From Eledone cirrhosa (Eukaryota), in assembly GCA_964016885.1 (NCBI GenBank), contig OZ024740.1:253456001-253520000 (forward strand): a stretch of 64,000 bases of DNA, written 5' to 3'. The translations under genes were made by a program, and so were the position numbers. The notes beneath the pieces are model-generated. The model had not been told where the DNA came from, did no database searches, and saw only the letters and a program-made list of their open reading frames with translations. Of the stretch, positions 26,301 through 38,541 are shown in pieces (the stretch's first letter is position 1; every line of letters begins with the position of its first letter).

Positions 26301-27074
26301 CAAAAGGCTTCTCCCTCAGAATGAAAGGCAGACTGTATGATGCGTGTATCCGAACAGCGATGTTGCATGGTAGTGAGACCTGGGCGCTGAAGGTGGAAGA
26401 CTTACGTAGATTAGAGAGAAACGAAGCCTGCATGCTCCGATGGATGTGTAACAGTAATATACGTGAACGACAAAGCATAAATGAATTGAGAGAGAGACTG
26501 AGCATAAGAGGAATCAAATGCTGCGTGCAGGAGAGGCGGTTACGCTGGTATGGACATGTGATGCGTATGAAGGATGACAGCTGCATAAAAAGGTGCAGAG
26601 CACTAGAAGTTGATGGAAACCGCGGAGTGGGGAGACCCAAGATGACTTGGGATGAGGTGATAAAAGCCGACCTTACCCAACTACACCTCTCAAAGTCAAT
26701 GACACACGACCGTGACTTCTGGCGTCACGCAGTAATACAGGGTACCCGACCTCCCATGGGTACATGCTGAAGCATATAAACAATATGCCCCCCCCCCCCA
26801 CCGCAAGGTGGTCGTGGAGGTGCCACGGCAAAAAAGCACCCAGCCCACACTGTAAAGTGGACGTGTAGGCGCCACGAAAAAGCACCCAGCACTCACTGTA
26901 AATGAGGTTGGTGTTAGGAAGGGCATCCAGCTGTAGAAATCAAGCCAGATCAGTTCCTGTATGAGCAAGGCATGGTCAGCCGACCAGACACTGCCCACAA
27001 CAGGACAACCCGTCTAACCCATGCTAGCGTGGAAGAACGGACGTAAAACGGTGATGATGATGATGATGATGATG
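21856..27074 (+). mobile_element. Full-length, apparently intact RTE-clade LINE
   Basis: Single long ORF, 3' UTR, tail stem-loop CCATGCTAGCGTGG, (GAT)n tail, TTATT at both junctions. Confidence 0.92.
23651..26770 (+). CDS. RTE ORF: AP endonuclease + reverse transcriptase with internal PHD-like zinc finger (1039 aa)
   Basis: APE motifs TINVGS, CCVQETRW, SAYAPQ, GDFNGH, LDFIL, SQH. RT motifs NYRGIKL, QFGF, FVDLEKAFDRV, GVHQGSVLSP, YADD, FCYLG. Finger CSVC-x10-CPKC-x4-HKRC-x14-CSSC. Confidence 0.97.
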   Translation: MNLRATKHPREAPTQRPSPTSVDKCPKLRVGTINVGSMKGRAGEIVEMLERKEVDVCCVQETRWRGGSARVLVGKSQCYKFFWVGNDDGMGGVGILLADKWVDKVISVYRVNARIIKLRLVLNKTITTIISAYAPQSGLPDELKDRFYESLIHTTALTDDKDFLIIAGDFNGHVGKHCDGFNRVHGGHGVGTRNEEGFRLLEFCDANDMSICNTNFKKPDNHLITYRSGEHSSQLDFILIRGRDRWTVVNTKAFPSEECTSQHSLVVSDLTVRTRRALKQRPTWRRKIWKLKVPSTSNRFKDILLNAYDSKEEQIETFNVEENWEFLKNNLLEATDEVCGWSKTSSRRRVTWWWNNKVDEAVKAKRQAWKEWKNGGSRVHYIETKREARRQVYLARREAEDRKFKHVLQREDQKQEVFKIARQCVRDSCDVIGEKCIRNDKGELALTSAEKKDAWKSHYDRLLNEENAWEEETLPHVDPIEGPAVQVSGSVVSKAIRDMKIGKATGPSGIAAEMLKASGSVGHTITTRIVNQVILEGAIPKDWCSSIIVNCYKGKGDALDRGNYRGIKLMDQVMKVTERVIAQLIRDRVNIDEMQFGFVPGKGTTDALFLVRQLQEKYLAKSKPLYLAFVDLEKAFDRVPRAVIWWALRKLGVDEWLVKAVQAMYRGAVSKVRIGNEYSEEFSVQVGVHQGSVLSPLLFIIVLQAITEEFKTGCPWELLYADDLALIAESMVELENKFQTWKQGLERKGLKVNMTKTKVLISRRENRTQIPSGKWPCSVCRKGVGRNSILCPKCKQWVHKRCSGISGSLIKNVGFTCSSCAETASKQPQETSTTNLWEGPVETVDSFCYLGDRISNGGGCSESTITRVRTGWKKFRELLPLLAAKGFSLRMKGRLYDACIRTAMLHGSETWALKVEDLRRLERNEACMLRWMCNSNIRERQSINELRERLSIRGIKCCVQERRLRWYGHVMRMKDDSCIKRCRALEVDGNRGVGRPKMTWDEVIKADLTQLHLSKSMTHDRDFWRHAVIQGTRPPMGTC

Positions 27075-28803
27075 ATTATTGCCAAAAGCATCACGCAGTA
27101 TACCTCTAAAATTGTTACTTGCTGTGGGGTCCTTTAACTTCCATATTCTTCTCTTCCAGGTTACCTCTAAAATTCTTACTTGTGTGGGATCCTTTAACTT
27201 CCATATTCTTCTCTTCCAGGTTGTCCTATGTTATCGAGTTCATCTATGAGGTCGCTAACTACTAGGTTGTGTTGGGAGGTGCATTCTTCACCAAAGAGGG
27301 ACTTGGAGTATACAACTGTCACTCTGTCTTGCCTTCTGGTGAGGATAAAGTCTATCTGGCTGGCATGAGTGATCTATAGGTATCTATAGGTGATCAACTG
27401 ATCGTCTGGTTTTTGGAAGTTTGTGTTGCAGATAGATAGATCATTGGCATCACAGAATTCCAGAAGCCAGGAACCTTCTTCATTTCTAGCACCGAATCAA
27501 TAACCTCCACGGATCCCTTTGAAACCATCACAGAATTGCCCAACATGCCCATTAAAGTCGCCAGCAATGATTATGAAGTCACTGTCACTTATTTGAGAAG
27601 TTGTGTGCATTAGTGATTTGTAGAACCTGTCTTTTAGTCCATTTGACAGTCGTGATTGAAGTGCATATGCAGATATAATTATTACAGTTGTTTTATTTAG
27701 TGCTAGTCTAACTTTGATGATTCTATTTACAGAAATTACCTTGTCTACCCACTTTTCTGCTACCATAATCCCCCCCAGCCCATTGTCATTTCCCCCAGAA
27801 ACATTTGTAGCATCAGTTTTTGCCCACAAGGTATCTAGCTAACATTCCCCATCATCTAGTCTCTTGCACACAGCATACATCAATTTTCTTTCATTCAAGC
27901 ATCTCTACAATTTCTCTTGATCTTTCTTTAATTGTGTCTATGTTATGAAGTTCATCGGAAGAGTGAGAGGAAGAAGATTGAAACTTGAGAAGGAGAGTGG
28001 AAGATGGATTCATTATGGTTTTCCATATCTAGTAGTTGTCCAGAGACGGATGGTGTATTCATATTCATCCTTAGAAATGCTCCAGCTTTGTACTCCAGTT
28101 CCCATACAGAACAATAGTCAGGTCCATAGATGACGGTAGTAGAAATAATAGTAGTAATGGCAATAGATATTCAACTAACAGATACAAGATGTTTGCACTG
28201 CTGAGTTTCGATTGGTCTAGGTGACTATGGTGGCATGTGAGGCTGGGAGTGCAGTGAAATGAGGGATGACACTGATAGGAGAAGAAAATACAAGGGTAGC
28301 ATGTTATGATGTCTGAAGTGAAGGAAATAAGAAAATGCGATGCCATGGGGAGGTTTGTTTTCTCTAGAAGATTCTAACTTAGTACGAAAGAAGAATAAAA
28401 TAAGGGAGTGAGAAATAAGCAAAAACGTTAAAGCCAACAGGAGAGGAAAATACAGAGATAGCATGTTATGAAGTCTGAAGTTGTAATGTGGAAGAGAAAT
28501 ATGATTTTAGGAAAAAGGCTGTCACATACCGAATGGAAGATTAATGATTGAAAGTAGACTTCTATAATGATCAGCTTCTTTACTGTTATATATATATATA
28601 TATATATACCATTTATGTTATGCTATTTACCAATGGGTAGAACTGTTGATTCCAGTTAGTTAACAATGATGCAATAAATTATGCAATAAATTATGCAAAT
28701 CATCCATCATAGATATGGTATCCCATGGCTGGTGCAGGAACAGAGTTAAAAATTTATTAAAAACAACAGGTCAGACAGGAAAATTTAAAGAAAGTTATTT
28801 TAA

Positions 28804-28861
<58 letters not shown>

Positions 28862-28883
28862 TGAATGTATGAATTATTTTTAC

Positions 28884-28949
28884 CTCAATGAATTGATCTT
28901 AATGAAACCGCCAGCTTCTACTGGGTCATAATCACCCTGGACATTCATG
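28884..28949 (-). CDS. ASS1: Argininosuccinate synthase coding exon
   Basis: (S)MNVQGDYDPVEAGGFIKINSL(R). Acceptor ttgcag, donor gtaaaa, 66 nt, phase 2/2. Confidence 0.96.
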
Positions 28950-29319
28950 CTGCAATAACAAAGTAAAATAGTTCAGACATAATAGAAGCAGACACCTATA
29001 TATAGAACCATGTACATGTAATGGAATGAAATGGACCTCTGATGGTTTTGGGTGTCTAATCAATGGTACAGCCTGCTCATGAAATGAATGTGTAGGTAAT
29101 TGAATATTCCACAAACAAGTGTACCCTTAATGTAATTCTCAGGGAGATTCAGTGTTACATAGTATGTGACAAAGTTGACCTTTTACAGGTGCAGTCTATT
29201 GTTTGGACTTCCAAGTGGTTTTTGTCTACTCAATTTCACTCATAAGGTAAATGACACTTGCCCAAGATGCCATGCAGTGTGATTGAACTTGGGACCTTAT
29301 GATTGCCAATTCTCTGCTT

Positions 29320-29570
29320 ATAACCCAGCTTATAACTGCCAATTTACTGTCAATAATCCTATCAATTCACCACTATAACCCTGTCAATTTGCCCCATAAC
29401 CCTATCTATTCACCCATACAACTATCAACTCACCAACTTTAACCCTATCAATTCACCACTATAACCCTATTAATTCCCCCATATAACCCTATTCATTCAC
29501 CCTTAGAACCCTGTCAATTCACCCCTAGAACCCCGTCAATTTGCCCCTTATAACCCTGTCAATTTGCCAC
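29320..29570. repeat. ~21-bp minisatellite
   Basis: ATAACCCT(A/G)TCAATTCACCCC-like units. Confidence 0.75.
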
Positions 29571-29949
29571 CAATGTCATAAACTGAATTGCTGTATATCA
29601 AAACCCAAGTTCAGCTCTAACAATTGAACCTGGGGATAATGAAATACTCTGAAGTAATAAAGAGTATTGAAGTAGCTGAAAGATTATCATATCTGACATG
29701 GACAAAGGCTTTGATAATGTCAAATTCAATGACATTAGCTTTACTGAAATTGCCAAGAGAGTATATGAATTAATAAATTCAATATATAGATATATATTTA
29801 GCATTGTAGTAAAATTATTTTGAGAGTATAGCTCTTAAAGAGAACATGTATATCTGATATGTGAACAATCAGGATATTAACTTACTTAGATCTCATCTAA
29901 CTTTGACAAAACTACAACTCTGCATATTCTTTTAGATTAACCACCACAA

Positions 29950-30830
29950 TTGCTAGCTGGATGCTCTTTCTAACACCAACTACATTTACAGTGTGGAACT
30001 GAATGGCACTGTTATGAGGAGGGCCTGCTCACAGTGGAACTTTATTTTGCGATCTGGGTGGTCTCATTATGAGGAAGGCCTAGCTAGTTGGCCATGCCAT
30101 GCCTTACTTATAAGTGAGGCTATGTTTGGGTTGGGTTTTTACGGCTGGTGAGTGCCCTTCCTACTGCTAACCACATTTCTCAGATGGGATTGTTTTTGGC
30201 TGCGATTTTTACAGCTGGATGTCCTTCCTAACATCAACCATGTTTACAGTGTGGAACTGGTTGGCACCGTTATGAAGAGGGTCAGGCCAGTTGGCCGCGC
30301 CATACCCTGTTCACAGTGGGACCATAATTTGGGAACTGGGTGGTTCCATTATGAGTGAGGACTGGCTGCGCCATCCCTTGCTCATCATAGGGCTGTGTTT
30401 TAGGTTAGGTTTTTAATGCTGTTGGATGCCCTTCCTATTTCCAGTCACGTTTACAGTGGGGAACTGGATGGTCCTGTTATAAGGTTGAGCCTGGCCTGTT
30501 GGCCCCACAGTACCCTGCTCATAGCAGGTCCTGTGTTTTGGCTGAGAATTTTATGGCTGTTGGATGCCTTTCCTAAATTCCAACCACATTTACAGAGTGG
30601 GACTGGGTGGTCACACTCATGAGGCATGTCTGGTTGGCTGACGTGAGCATGTTATCGGGGAGGTCTGGCTGGCTGGTTGTGCTGGGACCTGTGTTTCTCA
30701 TAGTGAGACCGTGTTTTGGGCCGGGATTTCACGACTGCTCGATGCCTTTCCTAAGCACATACTGGGCTGGGTTGTCAACTCGCGTCTTTTGTTGTACATC
30801 ATAGTGCCAGAGGTCTCAGTCCTGTGTCAT
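29950..30830 (-). repeat. Degenerate tandem array derived from the RTE 3'UTR module
   Basis: GCTGGATGCCCTTCCTAACA..AACCA..TTTACAGTGTGGAACTGG recurs about five times. Confidence 0.7.
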
Positions 30831-30900
30831 CTCCGTTGTATGTAGAAAATATTCATAGGTGTGAAAATGGAAAACAGTGCTCAATCAGGAAGGGAGCTGA

Positions 30901-31126
30901 TATATTATATTATTTATTTATGTTCATACACAGAATAAAAGCACTACCTAAGGTTTCAAGGCCCAATTTTGAACATATCTCCATGTGAGGGGGGATCAAC
31001 TATATAAGCGCCTGAAGATTAGGTTATAATTTTAATACTTTCTAGAAATATGGTCAATATTGGGCCTTGAAACCTTAGGTAGTGCTTCTGTTCTGTGTAT
31101 GAACATAAATAAATAATATTATATAT
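30901..31126. repeat. Inverted repeat (arms ~30901-30980 / 31044-31126); related single copy at ~31800-31930
   Basis: ATGTTCATACACAGAA..AAGCACTACCTAAGGTTTCAAGGCCCAA and its reverse complement. Hammerhead-like CTGAAGA and CTGATGA...GAAAC nearby. Confidence 0.8.
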
Positions 31127-32474
31127 TAACTTTGCCTTACGGGGTCGATAAAATAAAGTACCAGTAATACACTGGGATAATTGCTGGCCTTGTGCCAGAA
31201 GTAGAAACAATTATATATATATCATCATCGTTTAAACGTCCATCTTCCACGCTAGCATGGGTTAGACGGGAGTTGTGCCACTTGAGGTAAGGTTGGTCGG
31301 GTGACTGTGTCTCGCTCGTATAGGACTATATGGCAGGCTTTCTACGGCTGGATGCCCTTCCTAACACCAACCACATTTACAGTGTGGAACTGGCCACATT
31401 ACAGCGTGGACTGTGAGCAGTTTTTTTTTTAATATATATATTTATTTATATATATATAATCATCATCTCCATTAACATCTATTTTAAACAGTGATGATGA
31501 TGATATATATTTAATCTAAAAGAATATGCAGCGTTCTGGTTTCACCAAAGTTAATCTAGATCCAATTAAGTTAAATAAAAATCTTTATATTACATACCAC
31601 CACATTTCTTATACTGAACATGTTAACACAATTAATACAAATTTCTATACAATATACTTATAATATCGAACACACAGATACAAACATATACATTTCAATT
31701 TTATATCTTCAGTTATTTCCTTCTGTTATAGTATGTAAATAAATAAATAAATATTTTATAAAGGAACACTAAACATGCTAAACTTTTATCTTCAAATATG
31801 TCCCAGCACCTGATGACTAGATCATGAAACTGATTGCTCCTCCATATATTCTGCACCACCATGAGGAGATGGCCATAACTGGACCTTTAAACTTAAGGTA
31901 GTGTTCTGTGTATAAATAATATAATATATATTTTTAATTATCTTTTTGTATTCACTTTTCCATATGTGTGTGTGCATAACTGTACATATAGGTTTGCAAA
32001 CCTACGAAACAGAGTAACAAGAGAGAGTAATCTCAGTAATATATGTGGGTGTGCTGGGGTGGTGGTGCATGTGTTTGTGTATATGTGTATCATCATCATC
32101 ATCATCATCACTGTTTAATGTCCATTTTCCATACCAGCATGAGTTAGACAATTTATCCCATTGTAAGACAAGCCAGGTCATATGACCATGTCTTACTCAT
32201 ATAGAACTGATTTGGGCTTGGTTTCTACAGCTGGATGCCCTTCCTAATGCCAACCACATTTACAATGTGTACAGGGTGCTTTTTGTCATGATGTATATAT
32301 GTACATATTTATGTTACTATGTATGTAGAAGTAATTGTGAAGTAATCTCCTTAACCACACCACCTTACTTGTGCCTAATAAATAAATACATAAATAAATA
32401 GATTTATAACTAAATAGATATATAGATAAATACATATATATATATGTAGATCAATATATGAGAAAAGATTTTAC

Positions 32475-32631
32475 CTGACTAATTCCTCATTGTAGAGAGA
32501 CTGGGGTGACTCCCGGGATACAACCATGACTCTACCCTTGTATAAAGAGACAATAACACTGCCTTCCACATTCTCTTGACTTCTGGCAATACACTGCCGG
32601 GTGTATTCACATTCAGGACTGAACCAAAATC
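32475..32631 (-). CDS. ASS1: Argininosuccinate synthase coding exon
   Basis: (G)[51 protein letters not shown](S). Acceptor aaacag, donor gtaaaa, 157 nt, phase 1/2. Confidence 0.97.
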
Positions 32632-32961
32632 CTGTTTTTATTACAGTAAAAGTAAAAGAAGATGGACAGAAAAAATAACTAGAAAGATGGAAAATAACGA
32701 AATTGATGACAAAATGGAAGTAGAGGGGGAAAAAATGTGTTCATATATATGTGTATGTGTGTATATCATCATCATCATCGTTTAACGTCCATCTTCCATA
32801 CTAGCATGGGTTAGATGGGTTTGTCCGATTTAGGGGCAAGTTGGGTCGGGTGACCGTGTCTCGCTCATATAGGAGAGTTTCCTAGCGCCAACCACATTCA
32901 CATGTGTTGGGTGCTTTTTACCGTGTCTTTTACATGACCACTTTATAGTGTGGGCTGGGTG

Positions 32962-32962
<1 letters not shown>

Positions 32963-32993
<31 letters not shown>

Positions 32994-35207
32994 GTTTAAC
33001 GTCCATTTTCCACGCTAGCATGGGTTTGGACGGGAATTGTCCCACTTGAGGCAAGATTGGTTGTCTTGCTCAGGACTGTCTGGCGGGTTTTCTACGGCTG
33101 GATGCCCTTCCTAACACCAACCACGTTTACAGTGGACTGGGAGGTTTTTACCGTGTTACCTACACGGCCACATTACAGCGTGGACTGTGTGTTTTATTGT
33201 CGTGACACCTACACATCTGGCGGGTTTTCTACGGCTGGGTGCCCTTCCCAACACCAACCACGTTTACAGTGTGGACTGTGTGTTTTATTGTCGTGACACC
33301 TACATGACCTCATTTGTTTGGGACTGGATTTGTGGTACCAACATAACTTCACATTTAAGGGAGTGGTGTGGATGGGGTGGGGGTAGTGGGACGGGGGTGT
33401 ATTTTGTTAGAGGTGCCTACTGACTGTAGGTTTCGCTTTGTACTTAGGCAAGGCGGGTCTTCTGTGTTACTGTGTAACGCCAAAGATCTCGGTCCAGTGA
33501 CATTGTCTTGAAGAGGTGTAAGTGTGTGAGGTCAGAATTTAAAAAGTCGTCCCAGGTTTTTCTGGGTCTGCCTACTCTGTGGCTACCGTCTATTTTTATC
33601 GCCCTGCACTTTTTTATACTGCTGTCGTCTTTCAAGCGCATCACGTGACCGTACCAATGTAGTCTTCTCTCGAGTAAACAACATCTGATCCCTCTTATTC
33701 CTAATTTCTCCCTTAGTTCGTTTATGCTTTGCCGTTCACGTGTATTACTATTACACATCCAGCGGAGCATGCAAGCTTCGTTTCTCTCCAGTCTGCGTAT
33801 ATCCTCTGCACACAATGCCCAGGTCTCACTGTCATGTAACATTGCTGTTCGTATGCAGGCATCATACAGCCTGCCTTTCATTTTTAGAGAGAACCCTTTA
33901 GCGGCTAATAGTGGTATAAGCTCTCTGAACTTTTTCCATCCCGTTCTGACTCTAGCTACTGTACTTTCAGAGCACCCTCCCCCACTGCTGATTTTGTCAC
34001 CCAGGTAACGGAAGCTGTCCACTATTTCTATAGAACCATCTGTGCAATGGAATGAGCTAGTATTCTGTGGGCACTTGCTGCTACTTATTGCACCATAGCA
34101 CCGGCCACATATAAAATCTATATTCTTAGTTAGCTTACCTGTGATCCCACTACATCTTTTATGCACCCATACTTTGCATTTGGGACATAAAATGGAGTTT
34201 CTGCCTACTCCTTTCCTACACACTGAGCATGGCCATTTCCCAGATGGGACCGGTGCCCTATTTTCCTTCCTACAAACTAGAACTTTATTCTTAGACAAGT
34301 TAACTTTAAGGCCTTTTGATTCTAGGCCATGCTTCCATGTTTGGAATTTCTTCTCTAGTTCAGCCATTGATTCAGCTATGAGTGTTAGATCATCTGCATA
34401 TAGGAGTTCCCATGGGCAGCTGGTCTTGAACTCCTCTGTTATAGCCTGAAGGGCAATAATAAATAGTAGGGGGCTAAGGACGGAGCCCTGATGAACACCA
34501 ACTTTTACGCTAAACTCTTCACTATATTCGTTGTTAATTCTAACCTTACTGACTGTTTCTTTATACATGGCTTCTAATAGCTCTCACAAGCTATTCATCA
34601 ACACCTAATTTTCTAAGGGCCCACCAGATAATCGAGCAGGGTACTCTGTCAAAGGCTTTCTCCAAGTCAACAAAGGCTAAGTATAGGGGTTTACTTTTAG
34701 CTAGGTACTTCTCCTGTAGTTGTCGTACAATGAAGAGAGCGTCTGTTGTACTTTTACCTGACACAAACCCGAACTGCATTTCGTCTAGATCAATTCGCTC
34801 TCTGATTAATTGCGCTATTAATTTTTCTGTGACCTTCATGACCTGGTCAATTAATTTAATGCCTCTATAGTTTCCCCTATCTAGGGCATCACCTTTACCC
34901 TTGTAGCAGTTAATAATGATGCTGCTGCGCCAGTCCTTCAGAACGACCCCATTCTGTATGACTTGGTTTACTATCCGAGTGACCATAGTGTGTCCCACCA
35001 TTCCAGATGCTTTCAGCATTTCAACAACTATTTCCGAAGGCCCGGCCGCCTTGCCCGTCTTCATGTCTTTGATCGCCTTACTTATTATACTACCTTCAAC
35101 TAGCACTGCTGGTCCCTCTATTGGGTCGAAGTGGGGGAGACTGTCTTCCTCCCAATTATTCTCCTCATTTAGTAGCCTTTCGTAGTGACACTTCCAAGCT
35201 ACCTTCT
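32963..35207 (-). mobile_element. 5'-truncated RTE LINE, nearly intact RT
   Basis: ORFs 34591-35106 and 33444-34568 (YADD, PHD-like finger), 3' UTR and (CAT)n. Confidence 0.95.
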
Positions 35208-35433
35208 TATATATTTATATATATATATATACATATATATTTAAGAAAAGGAAGAGAGACACTATCACATATTCAACATCAGTTTATTTCATTACATCAT
35301 ACTCGTTATGTGTGTGTGTGTGTGTGTGTGTGCGAAAGAGAAAACTGTGTAAGTATGGACATGTGATGTGTATGGAAGATGGCAAATGTTAATAGAGGTG
35401 TACTAAGAAATCATTAAAAAGAATTCTACTTAC

Positions 35434-35491
35434 CACGATAGACCTGTTCTGCAAACTTGATGTCTAATTCTCGTTTTATTCTGCGGACTTC
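35434..35491 (-). CDS. ASS1: Argininosuccinate synthase coding exon
   Basis: EVRRIKRELDIKFAEQVYR(G). Acceptor ttacag, donor gtaagt, 58 nt, phase 0/1. Confidence 0.93.
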
Positions 35492-36051
35492 CTGTAATGA
35501 AAATGTATTTATCATATATATATAAATGTGTGTGTGTGCATAGTGGAGGTGGGTGTTCTGAAAGTACAGTAACCAGGGTAAGAACGGGATTGAAGAAGTT
35601 CAGCGAGCTACTACCACTGCTAGCTGCAAAAGGCTTTTCCCTCAAAATGAAAGGCAGACTGTATGATGCGTGTATACGAACAGCGATGTTGCATGGTAGT
35701 GAGACCTGGGCGCTGATGGTGGAAGACTTACGTGGATTAGAAAGAAACAAAGTCTGCATGCTCCGATGAATGTGTAATAGTAATATACGCGAACGACAAA
35801 GCATAAATGAATTGAGAGAGAGACTGAGCATAAGAGGAATCAAATGCTGTGCGCAGGAGAGGAGGGTGCAGACAGAGGTCCGGCGAGCTTTTGATTTCAG
35901 AGCCAGATCGATACAGATCGAAACTTGAGCTGATCAATAGCGAAATGCGCATCACCAATCAATAAACGTATACACCTCGCTACTAACGTGAACCTAAACA
36001 TCGATTACTCATCTGGGTAAACCTACAGTAACTTCACGTTACACTCCCTAG

Positions 36052-36094
<43 letters not shown>

Positions 36095-38541
36095 CATGTC
36101 AGGTCGCTCTTGAGAGCTACTGGTAACATGTAACCCAATACAACCTGTCACAGGGTCCGGTCATCGGTAACTAAACCAGCAACCCCACCAAGCTTGCTTG
36201 GTGAGAGGGGTGATTTTGGACACCCTGTGGGACAAAAAACAAAACTCGTTTAAAAGGACAGAAGAACACATGAGAGTCAACAGCCTTCCAATACCTGAGG
36301 TGTGCTGTTCATTGGGTGTGTGGCAATCTTCTGCACCAATCCTTTGTTATCAACATTTCCAAAAAGTGAGGCTGGCGCTACCCACTGTAAACAATTTTGT
36401 GTGGGTAGTTAAACAGCTCTACCAGTTCACTAACACAAAGCCCAATGGCGAGAGAGCAAAGGTGACGGGGACAAGTAAAGGTTATTACTGGAAGTCCTTA
36501 ACTGGAGCTCTACACAGTGGTGATCATCAGGTGATGGCCGTTCATGCACAAAATATGAGTAATTTGTGCTGTTCGTGTCCTCTGGTGATAAGCAGGTCTT
36601 TTTAGACATAGCACTGCTTTCCCTACACAGGAAGGGAGTGATAAAAGGAACCCTAAACAAATGCTTACTCAATGCTTTAACTTGGCTGTCAACCACAACT
36701 GTCTGGTTATCAAAACAAAAAGAAAAGAAAATGTTTAACTTTTGGTTCCTGGAATGTTAGAACACTCCAGCTTGGAATGAAGATCAGCCCTCATCTGTAA
36801 TGCATTCAACTGATACAGTGTTAATATATGTGCAGTAAGAGCTGACTCCCTGTCATGTCCCAAATAGAAGAAATGGGAGAGGGCTACTCAGTTTTCTGGT
36901 CTGGAAAGAGTGAAGCAGACCACTGTCAATCGGGTGTTGGTTTTGTCATCAGATCTAATATTGAATTTAGCAAACAACACCTCCGTTACACTAATAAGGT
37001 GCTATGCTCACCTGATCAGATTGAAATATTCTATGATAAGTTTCACACAGTGGTTTTCTCTGTCTCCAACAAGAACAAGCTGATTGTAATGGGAGATTTG
37101 AATGCTAGAGTTGGAAATGACTGTCAAACATGGCATAACATCCTTGGATCTAACCGAGTCGGAGCTATGAACTCCAATGGGCTTCGGCTGCTTTCACTCT
37201 GTACAAAATTTGATCTTAGCATCACCAACAGCTTCTTTCAACAATGTGCAAACCATAAAACAACATGGATGTATCCTAGATCCAAGGACTGGCATATGAT
37301 TGACTTTGTCATCACCCACAGGCGTCATCTAAAAGATTTTAAAATCACTCGTTCTTTTCATTCTTCTTGTTATCTTTTGGATAATGCACTGCTGCGCAGT
37401 AAAGTTTCATTCAATCTTCCAAACAAAAAGCATCTTCAGAGGCCACCTATCCTACCCAAGAGTGGGCAAGCCCTGATCAGTTGATGGGGGGCTGAAACTT
37501 TCTGTAAAGCTTGATTCATCCCTCAACTCTGTCCAGATTTCTGATGACATTGAGGCTTCCAGGAAAGATGCCACCTACACAGCCTCTGTGGAGATCTTAG
37601 GATTTCCTATGAGAAAATATCAGGACTGGTTTGATGAAGGCAACTCGAGTATCCAGAACCTTACCAAAAGGATGCATAATCCAGGATTTGGATTGCAGAT
37701 AAAAATTCAGCAACAAAAAAGATAGCCTATAAAGATAGCAAGCAGCAGGTACAGTCCTCACTTAGAAAGATGAAGGATGCTTGGTGGATGGCTAAAGCAG
37801 CTGAACTACAAGAAGCTGCTGATAAAAATGACTCATGAGCCTTTTATAACGATCTCAAGGTGGTGTGTGGTCCAAGGGAGGGCAGGTCAAATCCAGTCCT
37901 TTCCTCTGACAAAGCTGAGATTCTCACTCACTGGAAGGAACACTTTGAGAAGATCCTTAATGCAGAATCAAAGGTCGATGAAGATGTAATTTCATTTATT
38001 CCACAAGGCCAGAGATCCCTGAATTAGCATTAAACCCAAACTTGAATGTAATAAAAGCTGCTATCAGGGAGCTATCATCCAATAACGCTCCTGGTAAAGA
38101 TGGCATCCCACCTGAAATCTTCAAATATTGTGGTAAAAAACTGGTTCGTAGGCTTCTTCAAACCATTTCTGGATAGCTGGAGATTTGAAAATGTCCCTCA
38201 GGATTTCAGAGATGCATCGATAATCTATCTGCGACAACTCTCGCAGCATCTCCCTTCTCTGTATTGGTGGTAAGATACTATCCCATGTCATTCTCAACAG
38301 AATTACATCCAGACTTGTTGATGATATCTACCCTGAAAATCAAAGTGGTTTCCACTCTAGTCAGGGTACTATTGACATGATTTTCTCTCTTCGTCAGGTT
38401 GCAGAGAAGGTTCATGAAAGGAATCAGCTGTTTATGGTTTTTGTTAACCTGGCTAAGGCTTTTGACACTGCCAAATGCAAACCTCTTTGGAAAATCCTGA
38501 AAAAGCTTGGCATACCTGATAATATGCTAAATATCATCATA

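Larger units (their letters stand above)
20078..28500 (-). mobile_element. Older RTE LINE (20078-21850 and 27075-~28500) split by the intact RTE insertion
   Basis: The reading frame ...WKRRIWKLKD...RDAFGN|KEEQIE... is continuous across the insertion once one TTATT is removed. APE fragment IIAGDFNGHVG at 27497-27829. Confidence 0.85.

Noticed and set aside
24091-26640. Antisense ORFs over the RTE ORF (also 10493-11417, 33724-34449)
   Set aside because: Shadow frames of the RT coding sequence, repeated in every copy, with no independent motifs.
35870-36040. Possible solo LTR end (CpG-rich, AATAAA, ends TTACA)
   Set aside because: No 5' TG terminus, TSD, PBS/PPT or second copy could be identified.
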